Shown: positions 61,401 through 64,000 of the stretch, one piece after another | How the letters are laid out: each line of letters starts with the position of its first letter | How positions within the stretch are numbered: the stretch's first letter is position 1 | Source: Squalus acanthias | Taxonomy: Eukaryota | Length of the DNA stretch: 64,000 bases | Reading direction: 5' to 3' | Assembly (NCBI GenBank): GCA_030390025.1 | Contig: CM059433.1 | Location: forward strand, 5,704,001-5,768,000 | Position numbers and translations under genes: made by a program | The notes under the pieces: model-generated | What the model was told of the DNA's origin: nothing | The model's database searches: none | The model's input: only the letters and a program-made list of their open reading frames with translations

Positions 61401-64000
61401 GTATTTATTTGGCTGATCTAGTTAAGTTTTTGGTCAATGGTGACCCCCAGGATGTTGATGGTGGGGAATTCAATGATGGTAATGCCATTGACTGTCATGG
61501 GGAGGTGGTTAGACTCTCTCTTGTTGGAGATGGTCATTGTCTGGCACTTGTGTGTCACAAATGTTACTTGCCACTTATCATCCCCAACCTGCATGTTGTC
61601 CAGATCTTGCTGCACGTGGACACAGACTGCCTCATTGGGCCAAAAATTCGGCACTTGCCGGGTGAGTACGCGCTGTGTACTCACCCGTAAGGCCTCCTGA
61701 AGTGCCGGTTTCCTGCATGCACTGCGCATGCACAGGAAACTGGATCTCCCGGTCTCAAGAAAGGGAGGGGTTCAGAGGTAAACCGCGTGCACGGGAGAGG
61801 CTGCGCGCACGCAGGGAACTTAGGTTTTTTTTCAGGTTTCTCCGGGAAGGTAAGTATGGAAGAAGCTGCGCTTTTAAAAAGGAGGCGCAGGACCCGTTTT
61901 TAACAAGGTAAGTGGTTAATTAATTACAATTTAAAAACATTTTCAACAGGTTTATCTTTTTTAGATACTTTAAAGAAAGGTAAGTTTATTTTTAGCACTC
62001 TTAAAAAGTATTTTAATTTTTTCAAAAATTTAAATTTTTGTTTTAAGTAGTTAATTTATTTAACTTATAGTTATTTTAAAAATGTGATGGTTTTTTAAAA
62101 AATGTATTTGAAGTTTAGGTGTTGTTTTGGGGCCGATTTCAATTCATAGATTTGACAGGTCTTGGTTGGCGGACAGAAAGCAGAGAGTAGGAATTAATGG
62201 GTCTTTTTCCAAATGGCAAGTAGTGACTAGTGGGGTACCGCAGGGATCGGTCCTTGGACCCCAGCTATGCACAATATACATTAATGATCTAGATAAGGGA
62301 ACTAAATGTAATATCTCCAAGTTTGCAGATGACACAAAGCTGGGTGGGAGTGTGTGCTGCGAGGAGGATACCGAGAAACTCCAGGATGATTTGGACAGGT
62401 TGGGTGATTGGGCAGAAGTGTGGCAGATGCAATATAACATGGATAAATGCGAGGTTATCCACTTTGGTGTCAAAAACAGAAAGGCAGACTATTATCTGAA
62501 TGGCAATAGATTGGGAGAAGGGGAAGTGCAACGAGACCTGGGTGTCCTTGTGCACCAGTCGCTGAAAGTAAGCATGCAGGTGCAGCAGGCGGTGAAGAAG
62601 GCAAATGGTATGTTGGCCTTCATAGCGAAAGGGTTTGAGTATAGGAACAGGGATGTCCTGCTGCAGTTGTACAGGGCCTTGGTGAGACCACACCTTGAGT
62701 ACTGTGTGCAGTTTTGGTCGCCTTATCTGAGGAAGGATGTTCTTGCCATGGAAGCAGTTCAGCGAAGATTCACAAGGCTGATACCTGGGATGGCAGGAAT
62801 GACATATGAGGAGAGATTGGGTCGATTGAGCTTATACTCGCTGGAGTATAGAAGAATGAGAGGGGATCTCATCGAAACATATAAAATTCTGACAGGTCTG
62901 GACAAACTAGATGCAGGAAGAATGTTCCCGATGGTCGGAGAGTCCAGAACCAGGGGTCATAATCTAAGGATAAGGGGTAAGCCATTTAGGACAGAAATGA
63001 GGAAGAATTTCTTCACCCAGAGAGTGGTGAACCTGTGGAATTCTCTACCACAGAAGGTAGTTGAGGCCAAGTCATTAAATATATTCAAGAATGAGTTAGA
63101 TATATTTCTTAAAGCTAAAGGTATCAAGGGATATGGGGAGAAGGCAGGTACAGGGTACTGAGTTTGGATGATCAGCCATGATCTCATCGAATGGCGGAGC
63201 AGGCTCGAGGGGCCGAATGGCCTACTCCTGCTCCTATCTTCTATGTTTCTATGTTTCTATGTATTCACAAAGGAGGACACAAATAACCTCCCAGTGATGT
63301 CGGGGAACATAGGGTCTAATGAGAGGGAGGAACTGAATGAAATCAGTATTTGTAGGGAAATGGTATAAGGGAAATTGACGGGATTGAAGGCCGATAAATC
63401 CCCAGGGCCTGATAATCTACATCCTAGGGTACTTAAGGAAGTGGCCCTAGAAATAGTAGATGCATTGCTGGTCATCTTCCAAACATCTATAGACTCTGGA
63501 ACAGTTCCCATGGATTGGAGGGTAGCTAATGTAACCCCACTATTTAAAAGAGGTGGTAGAGAGAAAATGGGGAATTATAGACTGGTAAGCCTGATATCGG
63601 TAGTGGGGAAAATGCTCGAGTCCATTATAAAAGATGTAATAGCAGAGCACTTGGAAAACAGTGACAGGATCGGACAAAGTCAACATGGATTTACAAAAGG
63701 CAAATCATGCTTGACTAATCTACAGGGTGTAACTGGTAGAATAGATAAGGGAGAACCAGTACACGTGGTGTATTTGGACTTTCAGAAGGCTTTCGATAAG
63801 GTCCCGCATAAGAGATTACCGTGCAAAGTTAAAGCACATGGGATTGGTGGGGGTAAGGTACTGACTTGGATAGAGAACTGGTTGGCAGACAGGAAGCAAA
63901 GAGTTGGAATAAACGGGTCTTTTTCCGAGTGGCAGGCAGTGACTAGTGGGGTACCGCAGGGATCGGTGCTAGGACCCCAGCTATTCACAATATATATTAA

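Larger units (their letters stand above)
23298..64000. repeat. TE-derived macrosatellite. Unit starts: 23298, 29784, 36505, 43226, 48240, 53245, 58250, 63260 (partial)
   Basis: The 344-aa ORF recurs at 28651, 35372, 42093, 47107, 52112, 57117 and 62127 (spacings 6721, 6721, 5014, 5005, 5005, 5010). The junction ctatgtttctatg|tcttcacaaag recurs in every unit, with one substitution (gtattcac) at 63260. Confidence 0.98.

Overview
Repeat-saturated vertebrate genomic DNA. The repeat repertoire points to a cartilaginous fish (inference): CR1 LINEs with (CTATGTTT)n tails, Deu-domain tRNA SINEs and a ~65-bp minisatellite. I recognise no intact host gene; almost every ORF in the track is a transposon fragment or its antisense shadow. 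Bases 1-23 kb are a nested TE landscape. It contains a single-ORF CR1-group LINE with a tRNA-like 5' head and a Penelope-like (GIY-YIG) insertion with ~500-bp inverted arms, each arm carrying a minimal hammerhead ribozyme. It also contains MITEs, a Harbinger (Myb/SANT) relic, a near-perfect 2.8-kb tandem duplication and an older duplicated promoter/exon-like cassette. From ~23.3 kb to the window end lies a macrosatellite built entirely from TE fragments: CR1-A, antisense LINE mosaic, left half of a MITE, CR1-B. Units are ~5.0 kb, or 6721 bp where an extra 1705-bp CR1-A/CR1-B recombinant is present; only the edge unit carries a solo LTR. All alignments were done by eye, so boundaries are approximate to a few bases unless a TSD is quoted.
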